In this document: piece by piece, positions 29,455 to 42,905 of the stretch
Layout of the letters: every line of letters begins with the position of its first letter
Numbering within the stretch: the first letter of the stretch is position 1
Origin: Paraspadella gotoi
Lineage: Eukaryota > Animalia > Chaetognatha
NCBI GenBank assembly: GCA_051294375.1
Contig: CM119269.1
Coordinates: 19,567,936 to 19,631,935 of the forward strand
DNA length: 64,000 bases
Reading direction: 5' to 3'
Notes under the pieces: generated by a model
What the model saw: the letters and a program-made list of their open reading frames with translations, nothing else
What the model was told of the DNA's origin: nothing
Databases searched by the model: none
Position numbers and translations under genes: made by a program

Positions 29455-30470
29455 AAATTGAGGAAGACGTTTCCAACAGTGGTCAGGGCAGTGGTGAAGG
29501 ACACAGCTGAAGGTGAGGAGAGGGAAGAAGTAAGTTTGTTTTAAAGTTTTAATTAATTTTAATGGGCACTTTATCTCTTGTGTACTATTAAGGCGTAGTA
29601 ATATTTCTAAAATATAACTTTAAATTAAAAATTCTAAAAGTGAGAATGAACACATTATAATCTAATGAACAATTTATATAATAAAAAAAATTGTATAGTA
29701 AATTTTACAATTTACAGCAGTAGGCATATTTAATAGTACTAAACCATAAATGTTAAAATTTCAAAACAGTTTTTTTCTTAGATTTTTTTTATGCAGATTT
29801 GGATTTGCGTCATAAAAAGTGATAAAAAGAAAGATAATTCTTTTTAAAAATTCTTTCATTAAGTGGTCAAAAATTAAGAAAAAGCCTATATTTAAAGCCT
29901 GAAAATTAACTTTTTATATATTAAATATATTTTTTTAAATTTGTTAAACCACTTAATGAAACAACAATTTTAAAAAAAATGATTTATATGAAAATTTGCA
30001 AATTATTGTTTCACTATTTTGTTTATTTTTATATTTTATGAAGGATTTTATTTCTTTTATAAAAACTTTTTGCGAGGGAATTCTAATCTTGTAATCAAAT
30101 ATTAAGAAAAGCCTATTTTGAAAATTTTTTTCAAGATTTATAAGGATAGTACTATATATAAATATAGCTTACTGCGAAATTAAAAAGCGATAAAATATTT
30201 TTTTTTACAAATTTTAATGTTCACTGATGGCTAGTGTTTGTTCATAATTGATTTTTAGAATTTTCATATGGTACTTTCTGCAGCCTACGGCCTTATTGTA
30301 CATTGGCTAATATGTATTGTTTAATTTTTTGCTCTCACACTCTCCTCTCTCTCTCTCTCCACTCTCTATTTAAGTTTTTCACAAACTTACTTCTTCCCTC
30401 TCCTGCACCTTCAGCTGTCCTCACATTCCCGGAACCACTGTCCTTATTCTATTGTGGAAATCTCTCAATT
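29455..30470. repeat. Inverted-repeat pair (~29455-29545 / ~30370-30470) enclosing the MITE
   Basis: cagctgaaggtgaggagagggaagaagtaagtttgt matches the reverse complement acaaacttacttcttccctctcctgcaccttcagctg. Confidence 0.8.
29592..30292. mobile_element. AT-rich foldback MITE, copy 1
   Basis: TTAA|GGCGTAG...CTACGGCC|TTAT ends, internal palindromy (cattaagtggt/accacttaatg; gcagtaggcatatt/aatatagcttactgc), and similarity to 46016-46643. Confidence 0.75.
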
Positions 30471-30959
30471 TCTCTCTATCTCTCTCTCTCAGGTCTCTCT
30501 TCTCGTCTTTGCTCTCTCTCTCTCTCTCTGCTCTCTCTTTCTCAAACTAACTTATCAACAGAAGATTGCAATTCATATATTGATTGTCAAAGTACTGGAT
30601 GTAAGGCTCTAACTGAATGAGCGCGAAACATGTCCTTGGCTAATTATCGTCAAACCAAACTTTTTTCCTCCTAATACTTGTCAAAAACGAAACTCGATAA
30701 AGGAGTATATACACATTGCGAGTTCACACAATAGGTTAATTCCCATTGAGAAAGCTAAGCCAGAAAGATAAGAGTGGAGTCAGAACTGAATTGAATAAGC
30801 AAACGTCGAAAATCGTTTAGACAGGAGTTTCAAGGAAGGAGAAATAAAATCCCTATTCAGAGATGTGGAAAAAAAAGTTTCTCTGCACTCTACAATCTCT
30901 CTGAAAAATTGAATTCAAAGGAGAAAATCAAAAACACTGGGAGAAATTCAATTCCCAAT

Positions 30960-31280
30960 TTCGCGCCACTATGTCAAAGAGAGTGCGAAGCAAGCGAGCA
31001 AGCTTGCAAGCGGAGTAACAGTTAATATGAAAATGTAGGGGAGAGATTATTCTTCTGAACGAATATAGATGATCTGTCAGAACTTCTAAAATGAAAGTAA
31101 AGTCAGACGCGTGCGCGGGACAAAAACAATGACGCGAAAAGCGTGAACCCTATGTCTCCCTATTCCGCGCACTATTCATGCTGTCGAGCACGCCCAAGCG
31201 CAACTCTTTTCTTATCTTGGTTTGCGAAGCACTCAAGAATGCAAGATGGCTTTTGTTTGTTTATCTTTTGACGCGCTCCG
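30960..31280. repeat. Possible small foldback element
   Basis: Imperfect inverted arms aagagagtgcg...taggggagagat / atgtctccctat...cgcaactctt. Confidence 0.3.
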
Positions 31281-32637
31281 TGTCCTCTCATGGGCGGCGC
31301 ATCGTGCGTGTGTCCTTCATCGGCAAATTGTGTGTCATTGAATCCTTGAGATTAAATAGCGCTACGAGCTTTAGTGTTTAGTCAACCATGATTTGTAATT
31401 AAAATATATGAAACAAACACTAAAGCAATTAATTATATATGTCGGGAAACCTTAGGAGCTTAGTGCTTACCATTTAGAACCGCATAATGAGTTGTATAGT
31501 GGAATTTTCTTTGAATGACCGAATATTATCATGAATTTAAATGATTATTTTTGTTGTTATGTCGCGGTTGATGATGAGTACTCTTTCTGATATCAGAAGT
31601 CGTTCGATATATTTGCCAACACGTTGCGGGAGAAAAATCAGCGGAAACGAGCCGAGAGCAAAAACTGAATGCACATTTCCACGCACATAAGTAATGTCCG
31701 AATCCAAAATGGCTGGCTGCTGGCTGCGTGGCTGGCTTTCTTTTCTTTCTTTCTTTCTTTATTTCATCATATCATTCATTTCATGTCATTCATTCATTCA
31801 TTCATTCCATTTATTTCATGTCATTCATTCATTCATTATTCATTCATTTCAAAGCTGTGGATTATGGATTCGGTTAAAGGTTGAAAGGTTAAGGTTAAAA
31901 GGTTAAAAGGTATATAAGGATTCGATTGAAAGGTTAAGATATTGTATAGAATTGTAAAATTTAGAGCATAAAATTTTGGAGAGGAAAGTTAAGAGACAAG
32001 AAAGGGAAGAGGGAGAGACATTACACTAACAGGTCAATGCAGACCGTGGGCATTTTGCTTTTTTACATGCGCTCATCTTTGTAATTGTTTCTACTATGTC
32101 AAGAACGTAGGAAAGAGAAAAAAAAATTATTTCGATCCATACGTGATAAGGCCAGTGTTTTTCCGATTGAATACATATAGACTTGTGCATTACACAAGAG
32201 GTTTTTTTAAAAAGACTTTCATTTTTGTGCCGAGAGGCAAGACTCTTGTCTGATATTTTTTGCATCACGTTAATAATTGGTCACTGCGGCAACCAACTAC
32301 GTACGTAAGATATAGTGCTAAATAATCCTTATAAAATGAATTGAAGAAGACTAAAGATATTTAAATACATAAGGAAAATAGAAATGAATAGATGTGTAGT
32401 TAAAAGGAAAAAAATGAACGTGAAAGGATAAAGAACAGGAAAATAAAATTCTTGACAGTGTTGAAAAAGGATTAAAAAAAAAAAAAAATTGCTTAAAAAC
32501 GTCAAAGGATGTTAAAAGAAAAACCGTGTTTTGATTCTCCGCGAACGAGAAATACTGCTCCTGCCTTACCAGACTAAACAAGCCGAGAAAACGAGAGGGG
32601 AGAAGAGTGGATGTGAATGAAGGGGTTGAAGAAAGGA

Positions 32638-32668
<31 letters not shown>

Positions 32669-35027
32669 AGAGACGAGAGAAGGAGAGATGAGAAGAGAGA
32701 GAAGAGTAGTAGAGGAGAAGTAGAGAGAAGAGGAAAATGCGCAGCAGTTGATTAAAGAAAAACGACGAAATGAACTCCGGTTGAGCATTTCATTCACTTA
32801 AGGGTGATAAATGAGTGAATTAATTCTAAGCGCCGCGTTGATGGAATCTTGGTTGGGCAATTCAAAAAAGAAAATAACGCTAACGGTTTTGCAGTTTCGT
32901 CATGCTCTGCAACGCTCCTATATCGCTAATGAATTCCACGTATAAACAAATGCTAATTTAAAGTTAATTCCAGCCAGAACAATCATACGAACGAAAGCAG
33001 GAAAACGACTAAGATGTTGAAATAGTCTTGTGAACCAAAACAAAAAAAAACTATTTTATAAGAATAAAAGGCTGCTATTGGGTGAGCTGTAGAGATGGTA
33101 CACTGGTTAGTCCTGGGCTCAACGTCACTACTTAAAGTCTCACTGACGAAAAAATAACTGAGGGGTTGAAATGGCCCCAGGAACGCCGTAGGATATGTGA
33201 ATCTCGTGAATAACGCACGCTCAAAGCAAGAGCTGACTGTCTATTATGGACCTATATCCAACAAACGCTGCGACGATGCACCCAACACTAGCGAAAATGC
33301 CCCGTCGATTTGAGAATCGATGCCTTTGGGTTTCGAAAGAAAGAGGGAAGTGATCATCGGGTCCAAACAAAGAAGATCTTTCGCGAATCATTACATGTTT
33401 AGTGTGTCTTGTTCGCTTGCGAAAACTACAGACCAGTTGGAAGAAATGATGCCATATGAATTTTATTTAATTAAAGCCAAATGTCTTTCTATTAAAGAAT
33501 TAACCATTTACATTGAAAAATTTATTTCATTTAGTAGTGAGAGTTGGTGGTTATTTTTTATTTTGATATCATACTATCACGGGAAGGTGCCGGTATTGTG
33601 TTTTCTTGATTTAAAAGCCAAATTGTCCATGAGAAACAGCCTGTCTTTCGCAGAAGAGACGAGGTTAATAAATTCTTTGCACCCGAACGTTTGGCGCCGG
33701 AATGCCTCATTTCCGCGCATTCTTTTTTCTGCTGACTCATCGAATTTTTGGCTCAGAAAGTCGACGCCCAACTTCGCCAAGCGAACCGCTTTGACATGCG
33801 GCCGCAACAGACGATAACCGACGTGACTGACAAAAAGACCGCCCAGTGAATACTGATCGAAATTGTTTTAGAACCCGGTTTTTGTGAACGAAGTCGGGCA
33901 CAGGTAGCGCCAACAAATCGTATAGGGCCAGTGTGGCGTAAAGATGTTGCATGGATGACTACAATTTTTCACCTCCCGAAACGGACGTTGTTGTTATCAA
34001 AGAAGAGAAGCCTATTACGTAAACAGTTATGGTAATGAATGTTGATTCTTTCGTCTTTACTAATGGGGACTTACTGCCTATTAGCCGTTGTCGTAGTTTG
34101 GTGCCTTATTTCTTTTTGGTCACGCTGAGGACTCTAAAATGGTCGGCGCCGCTCATCTGTCGGCCACTGTTCGTCGTTCTTCGTCATCGTCTTTGTCGTC
34201 GCCGTCGTCTTTTGCTTCGCGTCATTGCCACGCGGATACAGCTGTACGAGAAAACGGAAAACAACCATTGGGCGGAAATGGGAGACATTCCTCGCTAGGA
34301 TTAAATGCCTGGCCGCAACCCCGAGGTTACATCCGGACCCGGTCGAGATGAATTACATACGGGATCCCGTGCATAAGGATTCATCCGGGCCACAGCGTAA
34401 TAGGGATTTCATCCGGGGCCCCGGTAAATAAGGATGAAAAAGGAAATAGGATTAGAATTCGACGGCGGGTGACAAGTGTCGAAGCGAGATTAAATGAATC
34501 GAATGAAAGAAGAGGAGAGACAGACTCGATAGAGAGAGAGAGACTAAGAGAGAGAGACGAGAGTAGGAGAGAGAGAGAGGAGAGAGAGAAGAGAGACCAA
34601 GAGAGAGAGAGAGAGTGCGAAGAAATTTTCGGCAAGACAATGAAAGTGTGAAAGACGTTTCGTCAAAGTTGGCGGAGTATTGAAGACTTTTGACGTAGCT
34701 GATAAACGGATGGGGGAGGGTGGGTTAAATCCTTCGGACAACCGTCCCGTTACCAGGATCGTCAATATCCAAAGTAGTAAGGGCTCATAGTAAGTGTCTA
34801 ACAGATTCCTCGAGTGAGGTCAAAAAATAAAGTTAAACGAACTTCTCGACAGATAATTAAAAGGCCAATAGAGGATAAAGTGATCTGGATAATGCAGCAA
34901 CACCTGGGTATGAGGCGAAGAACGGAAACAATAGGAGAGTGGAAAAAAAGTAGACATGGTGAGCTTAACCAGAAAGAATAAAAAAAAAAAAGAGAGAATA
35001 AAGGTAGAAAATAAGCGGAGAAAAGAT

Positions 35028-36560
35028 ACTGTTGGAGACGCATCGGAAGTCAGGAAAGGACGTAACAGGGACTTCATCAGGCAGTGGTCTTGCAAAGCAC
35101 GGGAGAGAGAAGGTCCTAGTGTCTTGCACTTCTCTGGTGGTGTAGAGGTTTGCTTGTGGTTGCTCGGTGCGTGCATTGGTCTAACTCTTCACCGGTGTTC
35201 TTATTTTTATAAGACAGAAAAAGGCCACGTGAGAGAGCAGGAATACTTCTTGTTATTTTTATGGTTCGTTAAATCCAGGTAATATGCGTTTTCTTCTCTT
35301 CTTTTTGCTCCCAGATTCCCCCGCTTCGTATTTTTGTCACTAGACTCGGTCGCGCGCTTACCGTTTCAGGATCCCTTCCCTGTGTGATGTTGTTGCCTGC
35401 TCTTAGGATTGCCTTACTGACTCACATCGATAATCGTCTACTGCGCGCGTGGCGCACCTTTCCGCATATCGTCAGTCGTAGAGTTTGAAATCAGAAGCTC
35501 TGTTACGATTTATCGTTGGTTCCCTGCTATTTCTTTTACTATCGATTCGTTAGAATACGCTATTTGTTTCAGATCCAGCAATCAAGATGAGAGAAGCATT
35601 TCTTAGGTAAGATGCTTTGATAACCGCGAATATTCTTTTTTAAGAGACTGTTACAGTACTTTTACGAAAAAATAGCTGGTGTCTGAATGTAAGAAAGGCA
35701 GCGTTTGTAGAACGAGAATAAATTTCATACATTTGACATTCCAGAATATCAATCATACAACTATTATTCATTAAGTGAGACATTTTTTTCTGATAGTAAA
35801 AAAGCATACAACGGAAAATATTTCAATTTCTTGAGATCATGTCTTATGATAAAGTAAAAGCGTTAAAGCTCATGTCACCGAAGATTTGTATGGCTGAGTA
35901 AGGCTGTGACGGAAGGGTTGTCGGATAGGGGGTGAAGAGCAAGAAACTGTCGTAGAAAGGGGCTGTGGAAGAGCAGGTCATACGAGAGATTTGCCGTTGA
36001 ATCAATTTCCCAGGTGCTTCACAGAGAGCGAATCCCATTATGGTGCAGACGAGGACGTCAGCTGTTCGAGTGCGGACGGATTGTGGTTCGGGTTGTCATC
36101 AGAGGCGAGGGATGAGAGACTAGTCGCGGGGGACTTGAAGTTGCTAAGTGGAGTTAAGGCTCAGACACACAGGATACGCGGAGAAATAAAAGTTCGATAG
36201 GAGCGAAAGAAAGGTATATATGGCAAATGGCATGGCCAAGCAGATTGCATGTCGGTAAATCTGTTTCTATATTGCTGGGTGTCCGGTTACCTTCGCACTT
36301 ATTGACCAATGAGCTGTGCGGATTGTAGAGATGGCATCGAGCCTCGCATCCTTTTCCCGTAGTTAAGTGGAGGTCCTGCTGTTTTCATAGTTTCTCTGTT
36401 CATAAATAAAAAATGGAGGATGAAGGGTCGATCAAGCGGGTTAAGGATTAGTGCAGTCCAGGGTAAAAGAGATGTCAATCGTGTGACTCGATGATGGTAG
36501 TACGTGTTGCAAAGTTGGAGCGTGCGTCGTCTTCGTACTCATCGCGACTCTGCACGGGTC
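35028..36560 (-). mobile_element. Degenerate Penelope-like retroelement (RT, thumb, GIY-YIG, hammerhead remnant)
   Basis: Frameshifted minus-strand motifs occur in PLE order: LFMNRE...PLNYGKR..LDAI (YxDD region), HPAI...YIPF (HP.I/LPFLD), SALEQL..RLHHNG (L..NGY), FTPY, KCL...ST.R..LHI, SKHLT, EPTINRNR, then CTGATGAAGTC at 35080-35070. Confidence 0.55.
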
Positions 36561-38248
36561 TCGAAATAATCGCCATCACCTCTCGCTTCTATCTTTAGTG
36601 CTCCTCTCTAAAGGTCTGCGGCCATGATCGCTGCGTCCGCAGGTATGGCATTCAGTCGCTGATCAGGTATGTAGAGTCTCGGTGTGGCGCCCGTCGTTAG
36701 TGTAGCGCCTTCGGCAGACGCATGCGCGCGAGATCGGCCTGCTCGGCGGCCAGATGCTCTCTCACTCCTTTTCTCCTCTCTCTCTGTTAACTTAATCCAG
36801 TAATTGTACATTCTCATGTTAGCTGTTGATTGAAAGATTTGAATACGTTTGGAAAACTTAACATCAGTCTGAAAGCAGAGCACGATCCAAGGTGAATGAT
36901 CCGAATACGCGTAGGGAGCTCTTAACTCGATCAAAGTAGTCGATCTGCGGCCGTCGCATCTTTGGTACGAATCTTTTTACAAATGATCAGTATGTGTGAA
37001 TTATTAACGAACAAAAAACAAAATACCCCCTTAGGACGTAACTAGTATGCTGTCCAGGTCCATGTACTGTTGCAAGTAAATGCAACTTGTCCGAGGTTCA
37101 TTCAACTTTCAATTCTCTCCTCATCTCGTCTCTTCCCTCTCGGATGGGCAAGCCCCGTCGTCGGTCGTCTGTCCGAGGTCCGCGGACCGTCTGGCCTCAC
37201 CCCGCGTTCGTCGGTCTCCGTTCTTCTCAGACGCGTTCACTCAGGTAGAGTCGACCAGTAGGTGCGCTCGTCTCGTCTCCTCTCTCTCAGTCTAGCTCTC
37301 TGCTCGCTCTCGTCGCTTTCTCATACTTGCTCTTTGTCCGGTAGTCTTATAGAGATTCGTGTGGTTGGATCGTTAATTGCGGTAAGTCCAGAAGGGTCTC
37401 ACGTCGGAAGTTACTGGTAATTTGTTGAATGTGCCGGTTGCACATAAAAAAATTATAGCACCATCGGCAATAACCGATTTGAAAGCCGACGGAATCGAAA
37501 TCCGATCGGTTCTTAAACTTGGTCGCAAATCAACCCGGTTCGGTCCTGCCCCGTCGGTAATCGGTCCGTCGGCTGCCGTCGGTTTATCTCCGTCGGTCCC
37601 CGCCCGTCGGTATCATCGTCGTGGGTCCGCCAGCGTCCGGGTTCCGCCTCTTTTGTTTATGTCTCGATCTGAAGGTGCGGCTTTCGCTTTTCTTTCCTCT
37701 TTTATTTAGTAAAGCAGAATAGTAGAACATCGCCGGAAGTTATTAAACTGAGAATACTGAGTTTTAAAACCGAATTTTCACATAAAGAGCATAAAGTAAT
37801 TAACGAAGTCAAGATATCTGCTCAATATGCCTCCTTCTAGTCTATCTAATCCCTAGCTGACATGAAATTTCGACGAACTTTTTTGAGAAAATCTCGTCGT
37901 GGGCATACACCGAACGGACAATCGGCCGTCGGCACCATCAAAGGGCGCGGCCCACTGCGCTCGGATTGGCAGCAACATGCTTTGAGTGATATCAGGGCTC
38001 TGGGGCGAATGAAAAAAAAATACTACTAAAAAGCAAAAAAACAGAAAAATAGATAATTCCCAAATCCGAGTCCCTCATNNNNNNNNNNNNNNNNNNNNNN
38101 NNNTAAACGGGCAAAAAAAACCTGAAGAAAATTGAAATAGAAAGACGCAGATATGCAAATCGAATCCAGAACCCTTTTCCTTTTTTTTCCTTCCTTTTTC
38201 CTTTTTTTTTCCACCGGTTTCCTTGTCCTTTTTTCGACTCAAACGCAG

Positions 38249-38372
38249 CCGGTGACGACGACGACGACGACTGACGTCGACGACAAGAATCTGGACGTCT
38301 TTTGTTCGACGCCCGGCGACCACGAATACGCCAACGCGGATCTCTGGTCGCCCGGTGGAAAAACGCGACACG
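38249..38372 (+). CDS. Exon 2 of the tail-anchored YxN-motif protein gene
   Basis: Polypyrimidine tract + cgcag acceptor, phase 0 matching exon 1; encodes PVTTTTTTDVDDKNLDVFCSTPGDHEYANADLWSPGGKTRH; phase-1 donor G|GTATTG. Confidence 0.7.
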
Positions 38373-38473
38373 GTATTGGGTTGGCAGTGCGTAAAGTGGG
38401 GCGTGGCAAAAGATGGTGTGGAGATTGGTTAGGGAGTGGTATGACATTGGGAAAGGAGTGGCAATCAGTTAGT

Positions 38474-38522
<49 letters not shown>

Positions 38523-38608
38523 AGATAGGAGAGAGAAGAGAGAGAGTAGACGAGAAAGAGATTAGGAGGAGAGAGAGATCAAACCCTATTTTCAAAATAT
38601 CTCCCCAG

Positions 38609-38928
38609 CTTCCCCATTTCGCCAATTCGCCAAACCACAACGAATGAGCGCCATCGAGCGTTGGTTCTACAAAATCGATTACGTCATACAAGACACGAGA
38701 ATGGACGCCGCCGACGCCGGATCGAGAGACGCGGCGCCTTTTCGCAGCTTCTGCGCCGCGGCGACGTCGTCTACGGCACGGTCTTCTTCCCCCGACGTCG
38801 TCTTCGTCCGCCTGGACATAGCCAGCGTCGTATTCGTCACGATGGCGCTGTTCGTCGTCATCTTCGCCGCTGCGTTGGCGCTGTTTTTGGCGGTGAATTG
38901 TTACTTTAGCGTCGTTGTCGGATTTTAA
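38609..38928 (+). CDS. Exon 3 (terminal) with a C-terminal transmembrane helix
   Basis: Acceptor ctccccag; the phase-1 join keeps frame into ASPFRQFAKPQRMSAIERWFYKIDY...IASVVFVTMALFVVIFAAALALFLAVNCYFSVVVGF-stop. Confidence 0.75.
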
Positions 38929-39699
38929 TTGGGTTGACGTGTTTCGGGTTGCTTTTGTACTGTGCAATGTGAAGTAGAGCACGAATGTAACAGTTTTCGT
39001 AACTGTTTTCGTATTGTTGACGTTGTCGTCTGTGGCATAGTTGATGGTTTATGTTTTGTTCTTGTCGGCGATAATTCTTTTTGAATTGGAGTTATTTGTT
39101 GTGCAGGGATGAGATACTAACGAGAAGTCGTCAATTTCTTTTTTAAAAGTATTGAATATTTTTTTTATGTTTATTTTTGTAGTACTACCGTTTTTTATAA
39201 CGTTTTATATCGCTTTATATCGTTTCTTCTCAATTTTTAACCATTGTAGTAGTTAAAACCTAGGTCTCGTTTCATATTAACATTTCGTATTCGCTTTTAA
39301 TTTGACTTATCACTTTTTCATCTTCCCAGTTCGCCCCCGCCGAGTTTTTCGCGTCTCACTTCGCCCCGACTCTGCGCCTCACCTCTTCGATTCTATCCAT
39401 TTTGTTTCTGTGAAGAAAAAAAGGAGTTTCGTCGAAGGCAGCAACGAGCGTCTTGGCTGAAATGAGACGAATGAACTCAATCGCTTATGCTCGACAAACA
39501 TTCCAGGCCACGATCCGCCAGTCCGATCTTTCTGCCAAATGAAAGATTTTAAAAAACATTTTTCTTTAATTTGCTAAATTTATTTCATTCCGAGAGTCGG
39601 CGAAAAGAAAGGGGGAAGAAATGAAAAGCCATTTCGAGGACAGAGCTTCACTTCGTCAGGAAACCAAACCACGCAAACAAGCCAACACATTGTATTAAT

Positions 39700-39820
39700 G
39701 TCACAGACTGGCCAAGAACTGCCGCCATTCTCGAAAGAGGCCGCATGCTACGTATGGGATCCTGAACCGTCGAACCTCACCGAGAAGGCGGCACGTTCAA
39801 ATCACGGGTGCCACTGGGGG
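39700..39820 (-). mobile_element. Degenerate tRNA-derived SINE-like repeat
   Basis: Minus strand has A-box-like GTGGCACCCGTGATTTGAACG and B-box-like GGTTCAGGATCCC; internal inverted repeat tgccgccattctcg / cgagaaggcggca. Confidence 0.35.
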
Positions 39821-41467
39821 TACTTGGGGCGGGGGGTATCTTAGTCGGGAGGAACGTTTCGCAAAATTTTCCGCGCTTAATCGATTTTCATCTTAATTTA
39901 CCTGATTTACTTCTTCTTAATAAGATTTTTTCTTTTTCCTAAATTTCGCGTAATTCTTTATTAAGCTTCTACCCTGTCTCTTTACCCCCCCACCCGACTC
40001 AGCCCCTCTCCCTTATTTTTCTCCTCAAACTACTGGTCTCCTCTTCTTCTCCTCATTTTCCTCCGCTCGTAAATCCGTTGGCGAATGTCCTCCTACTTTC
40101 GAGAAAAGCGTCGATTCACTTTCTTAAATTCTGTTCCCCTCGAAACTCACTCGATGTTTAAATTCTGTAAGCGATCTTTATTTATATTTATTTATTTTAC
40201 TCTTGTAGACGTTTGGGCGTCTGAATATCTTCGAAACGAATCAATAAAAAAAAAAAAAAAAACTCTGCTGACATAATCATGTTAGTCTTGTTAAGTCGAG
40301 GATGGACAGAGAGAGCACGAGGAGATGAGAGACACAGAGAGATCATCATGGAGCAACCAGAATATCCACCGTTCCGTACGCGAGAAGCTCGAGAGATGGA
40401 AGAGATACGACCGCGCGTGTCCTGTGCTTCCGGTCACGTCGTTACGGTCGTCTACGATGAGTTACTCCTTCTAGCCGACATCACGTTACCTATCCGTCAT
40501 CTCGTGACCTTTCAGTCATCTCCCGGATCATGCCACCTGTTTCTAATATCTGCTCTCAAACGAGGAGAGATTACTCGGGTTATTTGGCCAGCGCCGTTCT
40601 ATTTTTAGATCTTATTCGAAGAGGGGAAAGGGGGAAGAGCAAGGCGAGGGGAAGAAAGAAGGGAAATAGAAAAAAAGAAAGTGAGAATCGGGATGAGAAG
40701 AGGATTGAAGAAGTTCGGGAGATTTGCTATTAAATAGACTAGAAGACATTCCCTCAAGGAGAAAAGTTTGAAAGAAAAAAAAACCTTATTCCCAAGTTAA
40801 TATTATCAACAAAATTTGAGGAGTGAGGAGAATATAAATTATGGTACTGATTTCCACTGTGGGCCGAAAGTAGCGGAGAGAGATGCTTCCCTCACTTGGG
40901 AATAATATAGAGAGAAGAGAGACGAAAAAGGGAGAGAGGAAATGAGGGGGGGGCGGGTTCCTCAGATTCAAGGTTCATGCGAAACTTTATTAGGATAATT
41001 TGATGGGAGAAGCAAAGGTTAAAAGGAAAGGAGAGAAAAAATAAGGAAATAAAGGAAGAGAACTATGAAGAATAAGAATACAAAGTATCGGGGGAAGTAC
41101 ACAAGTAAAAAAAAAATCACGTAATTAAGATCAAATGCAGTTAAAATGTTGTTCGTTTGTTTCTATATCGATTAAATGAATTTCGAAACTAAGACAATTA
41201 ATTTAAGATCGTCCTGGAATCTTAATGGGCACGCTTTAATTTTCATTTATTTTATTTTTTTTGCAAACATGTAAAACAATTCAAATTGCTTTATATTTTA
41301 AGAAAAGAGAGAGATTAGTCAAGTAATTCTTGGAGGGTCGGTTATTCGGAACGTCAGCGTGCACTTATCTGCATGGCCAACATAGAACTGTTTTTGGCCA
41401 GGGTCGAGAATGGAAGAGAGGGAGAGAGAGAGTATAGGAGAGAGAGAAGAGAGAGAGAGAGAGCGAG

Positions 41468-41515
<48 letters not shown>

Positions 41516-42775
41516 GACAGAGAGAGAGGGGCAAGGGAAGGGTGAAGAATCGCTAAGATGGATGGAAGGCCGTTGTCTCTGTAGACATTCGTTTCCTCTT
41601 TCCTGAAAAAAATGGGATATCAGGAGGGCAAAAGTCAAGGGCAGGTCGTTAGTCCCTCTCGTGCGTCGTCGTCCTTCAGTGTTGTAGGCAGTAGGAGTAG
41701 CTTTCGTCGTATTGTCGGTCGGTTTTGCATTGTTGTATTCGTGATCTCTATCCTGGAAAGAAATCTTCTATCATAACTCTTGTAAATCGTCTTTTTACTA
41801 TTTACTTTTGCTTGCGGCATTCATCATAGTTTTTCGTTTAAATTGGAATGCTTGACAATTTTGTTATTTGTTTGTTATGTTCTGGCTAATTCACGCCGTC
41901 TTCTGCAGAAAGCTGATTTACTTCTGTGACATTGTACATGTTTTATTTTTTTATTTTTTTGAAAGGAAAGAAAACGTTTGTTTTGCGTTCAGGTTATTAT
42001 CCTATGTCNNNNNNNNNNNNNNNNNNNNNNNNNNNNNNNNNNNNNNNNNNNNNNNNNNNNNNNNNNNNNNNNNNNNNNNNNNNNNNNNNNNNNNNNNNNN
42101 NNNNNNNNNNNNNNNNNNNNNNNNNNNNNNNNNNNNNNNNNNNNNNNNNNNNNNNNNNNNNNNNNNNNNNNNNNNNNNNNNNNNNNNNNNNNNNNNNNNN
42201 NNNNNNNNNNNNNNNNNNNNNNNNNNNNNNNNNNNNNNNNNNNNNNNNNNNNNNNNNNNNNNNNNNNNNNNNNNNNNNNNNNNNNNNNNNNNNNNNNNNN
42301 NNNNNNNNNNNNNNNNNNNNNNNNNNNNNNNNNNNNNNNNNNNNNNNNNNNNNNNNNNNNNNNNNNNNNNNNNNNNNNNNNNNNNNNNNNNNNNNNNNNN
42401 NNNNNNNNNNNNNNNNNNNNNNNNNNNNNNNNNNNNNNNNNNNNNNNNNNNNNNNNNNNNNNNNNNNNNNNNNNNNNNNNNNNNNNNNNNNNNNNNNNNN
42501 NNNNNNNNNNNNNNNNNNNNNNNNNNNNNNNNNNNNNNNNNNNNNNNNNNNNNNNNNNNNNNNNNNNNNNNNNNNNNNNNNNNNNNNNNNNNNNNNNNNN
42601 NNNNNNNNNNNNNNNNNNNNNNNNNNNNNNNNNNNNNNNNNNNNNNNNNNNNNNNNNNNNNNNNNNNNNNNNNNNNNNNNNNNNNNNNNNNNNNNNNNNN
42701 NNNNNNNNNNNNNNNNNNNNNNNNNNNNTCACAGGGAAAATCAGGCCTTATCGTTTTCGTTATCAGACCACCACG

Positions 42776-42905
42776 TCTATGATACAAAGTTAACTTTGTC
42801 ATCAAACTCATTTATTCCTTTGAACAAGAGACAAAGAGGTTCTATGATACAAAGTTATCTTTGTCATCAAACTCATTTATTCCTTTGAACAAGAGACAAA
42901 GAGGT
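42776..42905. repeat. 65-bp tandem duplication containing a hairpin
   Basis: tctatgatacaaagttaactttgtcatcaaactcatttattcctttgaacaagagacaaagaggt occurs twice, next to an assembly gap. Confidence 0.9.

Noticed and set aside
33190-33260. SET-domain-like YVN..NARS.QELTVYYG
   Set aside because: The spacing is far too short for a SET domain and there are no supporting exons.
33577-33807. TPR-like AEKRMRGNEAFRR
   Set aside because: Only half a repeat, without the second-helix consensus.
35844-36560. Gypsy integrase-like reading (NFATRTTIIES, LTQPY)
   Set aside because: A longer, ordered set of Penelope RT/thumb/GIY-YIG motifs explains the region better.
39625-39662. Minus-strand CTGACGA...GAAA hammerhead candidate
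   Set aside because: Stems I, II and III cannot be formed convincingly.
40786-40905. 12-bp inverted repeat with CTGAT...GGGCCGAAA
   Set aside because: The hammerhead core is incomplete and there is no second copy to define an element.
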